Part shown: piece by piece, positions 33,947 through 43,971 of the stretch
Layout of the letters: the number at the start of each line of letters is the position of its first letter
Position numbering within the stretch: position 1 is the first letter of the stretch
From: Gammaproteobacteria bacterium
Lineage (GTDB): Bacteria > Pseudomonadota > Gammaproteobacteria > JAJFKG01
Assembly: GCA_965116795.1 (NCBI GenBank)
Contig: OZ220716.1
Span: 1,578,503-1,642,502, forward strand
Length of the DNA: 64,000 bases
Reading direction: 5' to 3'
Notes under the pieces: generated by a model
What the model was told of the DNA's origin: nothing
The model's input: the letters and a program-made list of their open reading frames with translations, nothing else
Databases searched by the model: none
Translations under genes and position numbers: made by a program

Positions 33947-34972
33947 ATGCCAATTGGCAGTGTCGATTTAGCCATCTTAGGTGCCACTGGTGCAGTCGGT
34001 GAAGCATTATTAGCAATATTAGCGGAACGCCAATTCCCAGTTGGGCAATTATATTTATTAGCTAGTAAACGTTCTGCTGGGCAAACGGTTGAGTTTGCTG
34101 GCAAGTCATATGAGATCATTGATGCGGAAACATTTGACTTTAGCCAAGTACAATTGGCGTTATTTTCTGCGGGTGCTGATGCCTCTGCGTATTTTGCACC
34201 ACGTGCAACAGCGGCTAATTGTGTGGTAGTAGATAACACATCGTATTTTCGTTATGACGATGATGTGCCATTAGTGATCCCTGAAGTGAATCCAGATGCA
34301 TTAGCCAATTACACCAAGTGTAATATTATCGCCAATCCAAATTGTTCTACGATCCAATTACTAGTCGCGCTAAAGCCGATCTACGATGCAGTTGGGATTA
34401 ACAGGATTAATATTGCCACTTATCAAGCTGTCTCAGGGGCAGGTCAGCGTGCAGTGAGTGAGTTAGTCAATCAGACAACCACCATGTTAAATGGGCAGCC
34501 GGCAGAGCCAATGGTGTTTCCACAGACCATTGCGTTTAACGCCATTCCACACATTGATACTTTCCAAGATAACGGTTATACCCGTGAAGAAATGAAAATG
34601 GTGTGGGAAACACAAAAAATATTAAATGACCAAACCATTAAGGTGAATCCAACAGCAGTACGCGTGCCGGTTTTATATGGGCATTCAGAAGCTGTGCACA
34701 TTGAAACAAACAGTAAGATCAGTATTGCTGATGTACGTCAATTGTTGGTAGCAGCACCGGGGGTTACTGTCATTGATGATCCGAAAACCGAACAGTATCC
34801 AACTGCACTTAGCGATGCCTCTGGACAAGATCCAGTATTTGTTGGACGGATCCGTGAGGATATTTCTCATCCGATGGGCATTGATTTGTGGATAGTATCT
34901 GACAATATCCGTAAAGGGGCGGCACTCAATACCATTCAAATTGCTGAGCAGTTAATAAAAGATTATTTTTAG
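33947..34972 (+). CDS. asd: Aspartate-semialdehyde dehydrogenase
   Basis: GATGAVG, IIANPNCST, TYQAVSGAG, RVPV..GHSE, DNIRKGAA. Confidence 0.96.
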   Translation: MPIGSVDLAILGATGAVGEALLAILAERQFPVGQLYLLASKRSAGQTVEFAGKSYEIIDAETFDFSQVQLALFSAGADASAYFAPRATAANCVVVDNTSYFRYDDDVPLVIPEVNPDALANYTKCNIIANPNCSTIQLLVALKPIYDAVGINRINIATYQAVSGAGQRAVSELVNQTTTMLNGQPAEPMVFPQTIAFNAIPHIDTFQDNGYTREEMKMVWETQKILNDQTIKVNPTAVRVPVLYGHSEAVHIETNSKISIADVRQLLVAAPGVTVIDDPKTEQYPTALSDASGQDPVFVGRIREDISHPMGIDLWIVSDNIRKGAALNTIQIAEQLIKDYF

Positions 34973-35040
34973 ATTATGTTAATTGTCACGTGTCCTCAAT
35001 AGTCGTTATCAACTGTGTTGAGTCACTTAGTACAAAAAAT

Positions 35041-35225
35041 CCGTCATCCTGGAGAGCCCATGGAATGGGCGAGTCCAGGATCCAATCCCAACTTAAACGA
35101 AGTGATTGCAGTGCAAGTTACTTATATATTATAAACTGTGTTGGCTAGTATTAATGTTTTATTGTTAAATTCAATATTAATTGGATCCTGGACTCGCTCA
35201 CGTTGTTCACTCTCCAGGATGACGG
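35041..35225. repeat. Inverted pair of CGTC-type REPs with AT-rich spacer
   Basis: CCGTCATCCTGGAGAG..GAGTCCAGGATCCAAT (35041-35086) and the reverse copy ATTGGATCCTGGACTC..CTCTCCAGGATGACGG (35180-35225). Confidence 0.85.
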
Positions 35226-35235
35226 CAGTAAGCCC

Positions 35236-36561
35236 TTACACCTCAGTCGACTCTTCAGTTAAACCGGGTTGCTGATCTAACTCAACTTGTTCAATTTGTT
35301 GAAAACGTCGCGTAATTTTACTTGCTGACGTATGGACTTTTTCAATGTCATCGTGTGCTTGGTGAATATGGCGTGATAAATTCGTCATACGCTGTTGGAA
35401 CCGATCAAAGTCTTTAGACAATGCAACCAAATGTTCTTGGATAATATGCACTTGTTTACGTGTATCTGCATCTTTTAATACAGCGCGTGCGGTGGTTAAA
35501 ATGGCCATCATTGTCGTTGGGGAGACTAACCATACGCGTGCATGTTGTGCCATTTCTACAATGTCACTGTGATGGGCATGAATTTCAGCAAATACCGCTT
35601 CGGCGGGAATAAACATCATTGCACCATCAGCTGTTTCACCAGGAATAATATATTTTTCAGCAATCGCTTGAATATGGTAGCGTATTGCTTGCTTGAATTG
35701 TTGTTCTGCATGGCGGCGCGCAGAATTGTCATGATCGGTGTTTAGCATGTGACGGTAACTTTCTAATGGAAATTTAGCATCGATGGCAACATTACCGGTT
35801 GGCTCAGGCAAAAATAACATGCAATCTACTCGTTTGTGATTACTTAATGTATGTTGCAATGCAAAGTTAGTTTCTGGTAATACATTATGCACTAAACCGC
35901 TTAATTGTACTTCACCGAATGCCCCACGTGATTGCTTATCTGATAATACTTGCTGTAAATTGACAACGTTAGTTGATAGTTCAGTGATTTTCTTTTGTGC
36001 TTCGTCAATTAATGCTAAGCGTTTAACGATGTCAGTAAAGGTAGCGGTTGTTTTCTCAAAGCCATCTGCTAAACGACGTTCCACTTGACCACTGATCTCT
36101 TGCAATCGTTTGTCAGTATTTTGAGTTAGCTTATCAACACGTTCACCAATGTGTGTACTGTATTCACCTAGTTTTAAATGCAATTGCTGACGTACATCTT
36201 GCATCCCTTGCTGTAAGCTACTTTGTAAGGTCTTTAGTGTATTAACTTGATGTTCACCAAAGTTGGTTTGCAATTGGCTGCGCATGTCCGCTAATTGTTG
36301 CAAAATCAATTTATGCATAGCGTGTTGGGTGTCTTGAATAGCAGTACGGTTGTCAGCGAATTGACGGGTAAAGGTGTCGCGTAATAAATGAGTTTGCGTT
36401 TTCACTTCATCCATGACGCGATTGTGTTGTTGTGCATGATTATCAAGATAGGTTTGCAAGCGCAAAACACCGTCGCTAAGTTTATGCAATTTACGCCAGC
36501 CGATAGCTAATAACAAAATTAGTCCTAACCCAAGCCCTACAATAATCGCCAATAATTCCAT
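35236..36561 (-). CDS. rmuC: DNA recombination protein RmuC
   Basis: N-terminal TM, coiled coil, RGAFGEVQL, IDAKFP, MFIPAEA, VSPTT. Confidence 0.93.
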   Translation of the reverse strand: MELLAIIVGLGLGLILLLAIGWRKLHKLSDGVLRLQTYLDNHAQQHNRVMDEVKTQTHLLRDTFTRQFADNRTAIQDTQHAMHKLILQQLADMRSQLQTNFGEHQVNTLKTLQSSLQQGMQDVRQQLHLKLGEYSTHIGERVDKLTQNTDKRLQEISGQVERRLADGFEKTTATFTDIVKRLALIDEAQKKITELSTNVVNLQQVLSDKQSRGAFGEVQLSGLVHNVLPETNFALQHTLSNHKRVDCMLFLPEPTGNVAIDAKFPLESYRHMLNTDHDNSARRHAEQQFKQAIRYHIQAIAEKYIIPGETADGAMMFIPAEAVFAEIHAHHSDIVEMAQHARVWLVSPTTMMAILTTARAVLKDADTRKQVHIIQEHLVALSKDFDRFQQRMTNLSRHIHQAHDDIEKVHTSASKITRRFQQIEQVELDQQPGLTEESTEV

Positions 36562-36621
36562 ACGTTATTCGCCCACTTAAAAAATAAGATCATCGCAGGT
36601 TCAGTGTTATGGGTCAACTGA

Positions 36622-37875
36622 CTACTTAGTGATCGCCGTATCAGCCGCCAATTGATTAGAGTTAGACTTGTTTTTTGCACTACGCCATAAAATACATGCA
36701 GCCATTGCATAACCGATAAAGCTTAATTGTATTGGTAACTGTGGGTGAAGATTGTAAAGTAAGCTAGCTAATACACCGCTGACTAACCAACTACCAGATA
36801 AAAATGCACTGGCAATCCCCATGATCCCACCTTGTTTCACATGCGGTGTTTGGTTAGATAATTCAGTTAACATACACGGATATGCGATCCCAGTGGCAAT
36901 CGCTAATGGGATAATAGCAACCCATTGGGTGCTACGCATTGGTAAAATGCACATGGCGAACACACTTGCTGATGCCAGTGCTAGTGCGTATATAAACAAT
37001 TTAGTAGCACTAAAATGGCGTACTAATTTTGCCAAGATTACGGTTAATCCTAATGACATCCAAATACCGATAGCTGATAGGAAAAACGCTAATTCAGTCA
37101 CGCTTAGATGGTATTGTTGAATTAGCCATAATGGTGAGGATTGAAAATACAAACTCCAGCCAAATTCATAACAGAAAAAGGCACACAATATAATCCGAAT
37201 ATTACCAGCACGACTAATCTGTGTCAGTGTGCGCAGTATGTTACGCCAACCGATGTGATCCTGTTGATTAACCTGATGTGTCTCTTGCACATAACGCTGT
37301 AATAACCATAAATTAAAGATAGATAATCCAAATGCCAACATAAATGGTGTTGTATTGTTAAACCAGCTGATGATGTGTGGATCAGATAAGATCCCACCTA
37401 GCAATGGGCCTAACACCATGGCCAAGGTCATCGCAAATGCCACTAATCCTAAGTTTTTGGTTCTATTGTGTGGTTGGCATAAATCAGTAACAGCCGCTTG
37501 TGCGATTGGCTGACTGCCAGACGCAAATCCATTAATGAGTCGCCCGATCACGATCAAGCTAAACCAGTGATAGATGATCCCAATTAATGGTAATAAAAAA
37601 CCGATGCAGGCGCCTAATAGACATACACTCATCGTGGTTTTGCGTCCCCATTTATCTGACCAGGCACCGATAGCAGAGTGACTGATAAATTTAGCCAGTG
37701 GTAATAACGCAACAGTCATAGTGAAAATAACATTACGCATTGCGTGACTTGCTTCGGGGAAAAATGGATGGTTTGGTTCGATCAGCAGGTGTGCCATGAT
37801 TGGGATTACTAGACCAAAACCAAATGAATCGATAAAAATCACTAAGAATAGTGCCAATAAGTGTCTAGATTGCAT
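36622..37875 (-). CDS. MFS transporter (DHA1/TetA-like)
   Basis: GAWSDKWGRK, GRLING, GPLLGG; about 12 TM segments. Confidence 0.88.
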   Translation of the reverse strand: MQSRHLLALFLVIFIDSFGFGLVIPIMAHLLIEPNHPFFPEASHAMRNVIFTMTVALLPLAKFISHSAIGAWSDKWGRKTTMSVCLLGACIGFLLPLIGIIYHWFSLIVIGRLINGFASGSQPIAQAAVTDLCQPHNRTKNLGLVAFAMTLAMVLGPLLGGILSDPHIISWFNNTTPFMLAFGLSIFNLWLLQRYVQETHQVNQQDHIGWRNILRTLTQISRAGNIRIILCAFFCYEFGWSLYFQSSPLWLIQQYHLSVTELAFFLSAIGIWMSLGLTVILAKLVRHFSATKLFIYALALASASVFAMCILPMRSTQWVAIIPLAIATGIAYPCMLTELSNQTPHVKQGGIMGIASAFLSGSWLVSGVLASLLYNLHPQLPIQLSFIGYAMAACILWRSAKNKSNSNQLAADTAITK

Positions 37876-38057
37876 AACAGTCGCCTCCTTTGGTAGTCGC
37901 TGCGTGTGCTAGTATACTTAATTTTTAATTGGATGCAATGATCGGTTGAACTATTTTGAGTAACTATCATTACATGCTACGCTTAATAAAACCCTAGTTA
38001 CGAAAAAATTCCGAACTGGGGTTCAATAAAACAACTTTATATGGACAGGAGGCAATC

Positions 38058-38534
38058 ATGGTATCGAAGATTAATATTGGCATTGATGCAGCGCAACGTG
38101 AACAGATTGCGGCAGGGCTATCACGTGTATTAGCTGATTCTTATTTGTTATATCTAAAAACACATAACTTTCATTGGAATGTCACTGGACCCCAGTTTGA
38201 ATCTTTACATGCCTTGTTTGAAACCCAATACACTGAATTGGCAAATGCAGTTGATGAGATTGCCGAGCGTATTCGTGCATTAGGTGAATTTGCACCGGGA
38301 TCGTTTGCAACCTATTTGAAATTAGCCTCGATAAAAGAAGAACAGGGACATCCTGATGCGATGCACATGGTGTCACAATTGGTATCCGATCACGAAGCAG
38401 TGGCTGCTACGGCACGTTCATTATTTCCATTAGTCTCTGGTGCACATGATGAAGTGACCGCTGATTTATTAACACAACGCTTAATGGTGCATGAAAAAAC
38501 TGCGTGGATGTTGCGTAGTCATTTAATTGATTAG
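38058..38534 (+). CDS. dps: Dps DNA protection protein
   Basis: [29 protein letters not shown]. Confidence 0.96.
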   Translation: MVSKINIGIDAAQREQIAAGLSRVLADSYLLYLKTHNFHWNVTGPQFESLHALFETQYTELANAVDEIAERIRALGEFAPGSFATYLKLASIKEEQGHPDAMHMVSQLVSDHEAVAATARSLFPLVSGAHDEVTADLLTQRLMVHEKTAWMLRSHLID

Positions 38535-38555
38535 TAGTGTCTGAGCAGTTACGAA

Positions 38556-39533
38556 TTATTCTTTTTTAGCAGTTGCTTCACTGTTTTGTGAGTGTGTGTT
38601 AGTAGTATCATTTTCCAGATCATTAGTTGAAGTAACTGTATTGTCATCTGCTGTTTGTTCATCTGTTGACTTCACATTAGATTTAGCTATTTTTTCATCT
38701 TCGTTAACTAGTTTTGGTTTAAACACTTTTCCTTTATTATCACTGAATACGCCTTCTTCATTCCATGGCAAGTCACGATAAATGGTATGTTCTTCCAAAG
38801 CGAAAAATGAATATTTGATAATGTCAAAATAAGGCGAATAATCGAAATCACATGGCGTGGTTAAACGCGGATTGCGAGGGATCAATTCAACTGAATTATT
38901 ATCATCGCTTTTTTTAACTAATGGCAAGATCGGAAAACGCACAGAGGCGAAGGCTTCTGCTAATAACGATGAACAGATTTGTCGAGTCGGTGTTCCGGTA
39001 TTGTGTTCGAATAAACTTGAGCGGTAACGACGTGGGATGAATGACCATGGAAACAGTAACCGAGCTAAGTCAAAGATGTTGCGTACATCATAATCTATTC
39101 CAATTCGACCAATGGCATAAGCAAGCACGGCATTAGCATCCGTGCGTGAAATCCCTTTAGGGCGGCAAATACGCATATGATCCTGATGGTATTTACTTAT
39201 TGGAGTGATAATCGTCCCTTTTCCCAAAAAACTTTCAATCAATAAATATTCATTGGGATCGCCTTGATAATACTTTTCGACGTATTCGCGCAGTGCAGGG
39301 GTTTCAATATCGTGTAGACGTCCAATATATAGTGCAGCATGTGACCATGGACTTTGGGTAACCATTTTGATCACATCACTGACGCGGCTGCGTCCTTCCA
39401 CTAACAACACATCACATGGACGAATTTCATAGCGAATGCGTTCGAAGTCACTCAATGGGTAACCGATATGCGGCCTTTCGTAGGTTAACCAGGCAATTGC
39501 TTTGCTGGCAATCTTTTTAGTGAGCCATCCCAT
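38556..39533 (-). CDS. Permuted papain-like (YiiX/YaeF-type NlpC/P60) protein
   Basis: DVLLV, WSHAALY (His) before ICSSLL (Cys), YD motif. Confidence 0.75.
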   Translation of the reverse strand: MGWLTKKIASKAIAWLTYERPHIGYPLSDFERIRYEIRPCDVLLVEGRSRVSDVIKMVTQSPWSHAALYIGRLHDIETPALREYVEKYYQGDPNEYLLIESFLGKGTIITPISKYHQDHMRICRPKGISRTDANAVLAYAIGRIGIDYDVRNIFDLARLLFPWSFIPRRYRSSLFEHNTGTPTRQICSSLLAEAFASVRFPILPLVKKSDDNNSVELIPRNPRLTTPCDFDYSPYFDIIKYSFFALEEHTIYRDLPWNEEGVFSDNKGKVFKPKLVNEDEKIAKSNVKSTDEQTADDNTVTSTNDLENDTTNTHSQNSEATAKKE

Positions 39534-39646
39534 TTATATTTCCCTAAGTGGTCGTGCGGTATTCAATGTGCTTTATTAAGATAGGTATAGCGTAAAATGG
39601 GCTATGCTGCCACATTATATAACGTTAACGTGTTATAAAAAGGCCA

Positions 39647-41011
39647 TTATTTAATCTGCTTAGCAAGCTGCTTGGCGTAACCTAAATAGGTTGCTGGGGT
39701 TAAGGCTAGTAATTGTTGTTTAACTGAATCAGGCAATGCCAATGTTTCAATAAACGCATGCAACGTGTGTTGATCGATCCCTTGACCTCGCGTTAATGCC
39801 TTTAATTTTTCATAAGGTTGCTCGATGTGATAACGTCGCATCACCGTTTGAATCGCTTCAGCAAGCACTGGCCATTGTTCCTGTAAATCTGCGTTAATTC
39901 GATCAGTGACAACGGCCACTTTATTTAAACCAGTTAACAATGCGCGGTACGCTAGCAGTGTGTGACCGAATGCGACACCAACATTACGCAACACCGTTGA
40001 ATCGGTTAAGTCACGTTGCCAACGTGAAATGGGTAATTTCATACTGAAGTGGTGTAATAAACTATTAGCAATGCCTAAGTTACCTTCACTGTTTTCAAAA
40101 TCAATCGGATTGACTTTGTGTGGCATGGTCGATGAACCCACTTCATTAGCAACGGTTTGTTGTTGAAAATACCCTAGTGAAATATACCCCCACATGTCAC
40201 GCGACAGATCAATCAAAATCGTATTGATGCGTTGATAAATGGCAAACAATTCTGCCATAGCATCGTGGGGTTCGATTTGCGTGGTATACGCATTCCAGGT
40301 TAATCCTAATTGGGTAACCAACTGTGCTGAAATCGCTTGCCAATCCAGTTCTGGGTAAGCAACAACATGTGCATTATAATTACCAACCGCGCCATTGCAT
40401 TTACCTAAAATAACTTGATTCACTAACTGTTCACGTTGACGTTGCACACGTGCTACCACGTTTGCGATTTCTTTGCCGAGTGTGGTGGGTGTGGCCGCTT
40501 GGCCATGGGTACGGCTTAGCATTGCAACATTAGCATGTGCATGGGCCATGTCAATGAGTTTTGCAATGATGTCGTCTAATGCTGGGAGTAAATGCTGCTC
40601 GCGTGCCTGTTGTAAGATGATCCCATAGGCTAAATTGTTAATGTCTTCAGAGGTGCAACCAAAGTGAATGAATTCACAATAGGGTTTTAATGTAGGATGT
40701 CCACTTAATTTTTCTTTTAGGAAGTATTCAACAGCTTTAACATCGTGATTGGTGGTGGCTTCATGCTGTTTAATCGATTCAGCATCTTTTACGCTAAATG
40801 ATGAAATGATATTGTCTAAGAATGCCATCTCATCACGGTTAAACGCGTGGATTTCGTCTAGGTGTTCACTGAGTACTTGTAGCCAACGGATTTCCACTTG
40901 TACCCTGGCATGTTGCAAGCCGCATTCACTGCACACATTGTCTAACCCATTCATTTTAGAGTGATAACGCCCATCGAGTGGGGACAGTGCAGACAGTGTG
41001 GATAATGTCAT
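39647..41011 (-). CDS. purB: Adenylosuccinate lyase
   Basis: LSPLDGRY, TNHDVKAVEY, SRTHGQ, GSSTMPHKVNP; AGGAG RBS supports start 41011. Confidence 0.97.
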   Translation of the reverse strand: MTLSTLSALSPLDGRYHSKMNGLDNVCSECGLQHARVQVEIRWLQVLSEHLDEIHAFNRDEMAFLDNIISSFSVKDAESIKQHEATTNHDVKAVEYFLKEKLSGHPTLKPYCEFIHFGCTSEDINNLAYGIILQQAREQHLLPALDDIIAKLIDMAHAHANVAMLSRTHGQAATPTTLGKEIANVVARVQRQREQLVNQVILGKCNGAVGNYNAHVVAYPELDWQAISAQLVTQLGLTWNAYTTQIEPHDAMAELFAIYQRINTILIDLSRDMWGYISLGYFQQQTVANEVGSSTMPHKVNPIDFENSEGNLGIANSLLHHFSMKLPISRWQRDLTDSTVLRNVGVAFGHTLLAYRALLTGLNKVAVVTDRINADLQEQWPVLAEAIQTVMRRYHIEQPYEKLKALTRGQGIDQHTLHAFIETLALPDSVKQQLLALTPATYLGYAKQLAKQIK

Positions 41012-41084
41012 TAAAGTACTCCTGACATGGCTGTGATTTGGGCACAGTAATGATACACTATTGGCACTGTGAATTGGAGACATT

Positions 41085-41687
41085 ATGCTAGAAAAATACG
41101 TTAGTCGTGCTTATCAACGGATCTTAATCATACCTGTGGTCAAGCACTTATCTAAGTGGCGCTGGCATCCCAATACCATTACCTTGATCGCTTGCTTAAC
41201 TGGATTAACTATCCCATTAGCCTTGTGGTATGGTCGTAGTGCATGTGCAGTGATATTGCTGATCGTATCAGGCTATTTAGATAGCGTAGACGGGGTATTA
41301 GCGCGGGCAAGGCAATGTCAATCCGAGTTGGGTGCTGCATTAGATATTAGCAGTGATCGTTTAGTGGAATTTGCCATTGTGTTTGGGTTATTAATCATTG
41401 ATCCCAGTACACGGGCGATTCCAGCAGCATTGATGTTAGGCAGTATTTTGGTTTGTGTGACAACGTTTTTAATTGTTGGGATGTTTACTGACAATCACAC
41501 TCAAAAAAGTTTTTTCTATGATGTGGGTTTGATGGAACGTGCCGAAGCGTTTTTGTTTTTTGCGTTAATGATTATTTATCCAGCACATTTCTCATTATTG
41601 GCCGATGTATTTTCTGCATTGGTAATGTTAACCGCATGTTTGCGTTTATTGAGTTTTGTAAAAATGACCGCGGTGAGTGAGGTATAA
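41085..41687 (+). CDS. CDP-alcohol phosphatidyltransferase family protein
   Basis: PNTIT, DSVDGVLAR...GAALDISSDR. Confidence 0.9.
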   Translation: MLEKYVSRAYQRILIIPVVKHLSKWRWHPNTITLIACLTGLTIPLALWYGRSACAVILLIVSGYLDSVDGVLARARQCQSELGAALDISSDRLVEFAIVFGLLIIDPSTRAIPAALMLGSILVCVTTFLIVGMFTDNHTQKSFFYDVGLMERAEAFLFFALMIIYPAHFSLLADVFSALVMLTACLRLLSFVKMTAVSEV

Positions 41688-41688
41688 G

Positions 41689-42492
41689 ATGAAAGAACGT
41701 GCTGAGTTGAAACAAATTGCAATTGATTGTTTGTCACGCGGGAAGTTTCAACCGCGACGGGTATTTGCCCAAGCAGCATTGCAAGAATTGGCTGATTCGA
41801 TTAAATCCAGCGGATTAATTCAACCGATTGTGGTACGCCCAATCGACGAACAACATTATGAGATCGTCGCCGGTGAACGGCGTTGGCGTGCTGCGCAATT
41901 AGCCGGTCTTGATTATGTGACTTGTTTGGTTAAGTCATTTAACGATGAACAAACCGCTGCAGTCAGTACCATTGAAAATGTACAACGTGAAGATTTAAAT
42001 CCAATTGAAGAAGCCAAAGCGTATCAACGCTTGATCGATGACTTTTCTTATTTACATGAAGAAGTTGCAGCGATGGTGGGTAAATCACGTGCACGTATCA
42101 CTAATTCATTGCGGTTATTGCGTTTAGATGAAGCTGTACAACAGCTATTAATTGATGGTGATTTATCCGAAGGGCACGGTAAAGCGATCGCTGGATTGAG
42201 TTTGCCATTGCAGCGTGAATTGGCAATGGCTGCGGTGAAACAAGGGTGGTCGGTACGTAAATTAGAACAGCATGTGAAACAATTATCACAACAAACGGGT
42301 GCCGCGATTCGCAGTGATGAACAGATCCACATAGCGTATTTAGAGCGCCAATTACGCGATAAGGTTGGCAGTGACGTGAAATTGGAAACCGATCCAGGCC
42401 GTAGCAGTGGTTGGGTGAAGATACGTTATTTCAATAATGATACCTTAGCCGGCTTAGCTGAAAAATTGGGGCTAACTCCAGAAGAGATGTAA
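41689..42492 (+). CDS. ParB/Spo0J family protein (no adjacent parA)
   Basis: QPR..F, QPIVVR, IVAGERRWRAA, IENVQREDLNPIEEA, HTH KSRARITNSLRLL. Confidence 0.92.
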   Translation: MKERAELKQIAIDCLSRGKFQPRRVFAQAALQELADSIKSSGLIQPIVVRPIDEQHYEIVAGERRWRAAQLAGLDYVTCLVKSFNDEQTAAVSTIENVQREDLNPIEEAKAYQRLIDDFSYLHEEVAAMVGKSRARITNSLRLLRLDEAVQQLLIDGDLSEGHGKAIAGLSLPLQRELAMAAVKQGWSVRKLEQHVKQLSQQTGAAIRSDEQIHIAYLERQLRDKVGSDVKLETDPGRSSGWVKIRYFNNDTLAGLAEKLGLTPEEM

Positions 42493-42723
42493 GATAACAG
42501 TACCCTTAAATCTATTACACAAAATACCTTCTTCTTACGGTAACATTTTCCAGTAGCAGTCTATTGCAAGCAAAAAGAGACTTGTATTCAAAAAGTTAGT
42601 GTATTTGTTATGATAGGCCAATGATCCTGGTCTAATATTGTACTATTATGTTGTTTATGATTTCATAGATTATGTTCGTTCATCAATCAACATCGTTATT
42701 TAACTATAACTAGGGTAATCATC

Positions 42724-43530
42724 ATGAAAAAATATAATAATGTGATAAATAAAAAACGCTGGTTTGCATTAAGTGGTTTGCTTGCCACATTGGCCGCGTT
42801 ACCCGTAGTACTAACGGCAGCACAGATGGGTAATCAGGATACAAGTGCGGCTAATGTCACTGGCAAAGACAATATTGTATTAACCCATTCCGATGGTACT
42901 TCGGCAACTACAACGCATAGCCATCCCGTATTAACTCATTGGGGCACTGCTCCCGTCACAACGCATAGCCATGCTGTAGTAACGCATTGGGGTACTGAGC
43001 CCACATCTTCTCCTAGCCATGTTAGTCAGGCATCATTGCGTTTTGGTCCTAGCCCAGGTGATGGGTTAACAGAAGCAGCACCGGTGACAACGCATAGCCA
43101 TGCTGTAGTAACGCATTGGGGTACTGAGCCCACGTCTTCTCCTAGCCATGATGGCCAGGCATCATTGCGTTTTGGTCCTAGCCCAGGTGATGGGTTAACA
43201 GAAGCAGCACCGGTGACAACGCATAGCCATGCTGTGGTAACGCATTGGGGTACTGAGCCCACATCTTCTCCTAGCCATGATGGTCAGGCATCATTGCGTT
43301 TTGGTCCTACCCCGGGTGATGGGTTAACAGAAGCAGCACCGGTGACAACGCATAGCCATGCTGTAGTAACGCATTGGGGTACTGAGCCCACATCTTCTCC
43401 TAGCCGTGATGGTCAGGTATCATTGCGTTTTGGTCCTAGCCCAGGTGACGGACTAACGGAAATATCAGTCGTTTATTTTGGCTCTAGCCCAGTTGATGAT
43501 ACATCATCTGAGACCACTGTCGCAGATTAA
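42724..43530 (+). CDS. Secreted His/Thr/Ser/Pro-rich tandem-repeat protein
   Basis: Sec-type signal (KKRW + hydrophobic core + LTAA); about four 43-aa repeats. Confidence 0.8.
   Translation: MKKYNNVINKKRWFALSGLLATLAALPVVLTAAQMGNQDTSAANVTGKDNIVLTHSDGTSATTTHSHPVLTHWGTAPVTTHSHAVVTHWGTEPTSSPSHVSQASLRFGPSPGDGLTEAAPVTTHSHAVVTHWGTEPTSSPSHDGQASLRFGPSPGDGLTEAAPVTTHSHAVVTHWGTEPTSSPSHDGQASLRFGPTPGDGLTEAAPVTTHSHAVVTHWGTEPTSSPSRDGQVSLRFGPSPGDGLTEISVVYFGSSPVDDTSSETTVAD
42949..43461 (+). repeat. 129-bp coding tandem repeat, about 4 copies
   Basis: ACGCATAGCCATGCTG recurs at 42961, 43090, 43219 and 43348. Confidence 0.95.
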
Positions 43531-43585
43531 ACAATAACCAAACGTAAGTGAGTTAGGTACAGATTGGATTATCTCAAATTGAAGT

Positions 43586-43613
43586 TTTGCCCCGAAATAA
43601 TCGGGGCAAATTT
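43586..43613 (+). terminator. Hairpin terminator after the repeat-protein gene
   Basis: TTTGCCCCGA-AATAA-TCGGGGCAAA-TTT. Confidence 0.7.
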
Positions 43614-43871
43614 CCTTGCAAAATACTCCCGTCAGGTAATATTACGTCAGTATCCCTAACATTTCAGACAAAAACCCCCAACATTCAATATATTACCTAG
43701 AAAATTAATATGTTACACTTAGTATTGCATCATGCAAAATTGAATTTTCGTTAATTTTTTGTTAGAATATTGGCTTATTTTACATAGTTGTTAATTACCA
43801 ATAATTTTACAGTATCAATAATATATAAGTAGATAGAGACTAATAGTAGTCTAATCAGTGTTAACACCGCC

Positions 43872-43927
43872 TCTCTAGGATAGAACCCCCTCAATGGATT
43901 GAAGCATCACCCAACGGATTGGGTGAT
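43872..43927 (+). promoter_or_regulatory. Cluster of GGA-loop hairpins, candidate CsrA/RsmA sites
   Basis: TCAA-TGGA-TTGA (43891-43902), ATCACCCAA-CGGA-TTGGGTGAT (43906-43927), weaker TCT-CTAGGAT-AGA. Confidence 0.6.
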
Positions 43928-43971
43928 CGTGGGTATGCATTGTTAGCACGTTATTAAGTGTGAGGGGAGTT

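Noticed and set aside
43033-43047. SLRFG as an RFamide neuropeptide mimic, or GPSPG as a plant peptide mimic
   Set aside because: No basic cleavage sites flank the motif (Pro follows the Gly), and the match is too short to support
42949-43461. Possible CRISPR array
   Set aside because: The 129-bp units are near-identical along their whole length, in frame, with no unique spacers and no cas genes
43750-43765. PmrA box-like GTTAATTTTTTGTTAG (also GTTAAGCATTAACTTAG at 392-408)
   Set aside because: Several mismatches in very AT-rich DNA; the 392 copy has 12-nt rather than 11-nt spacing
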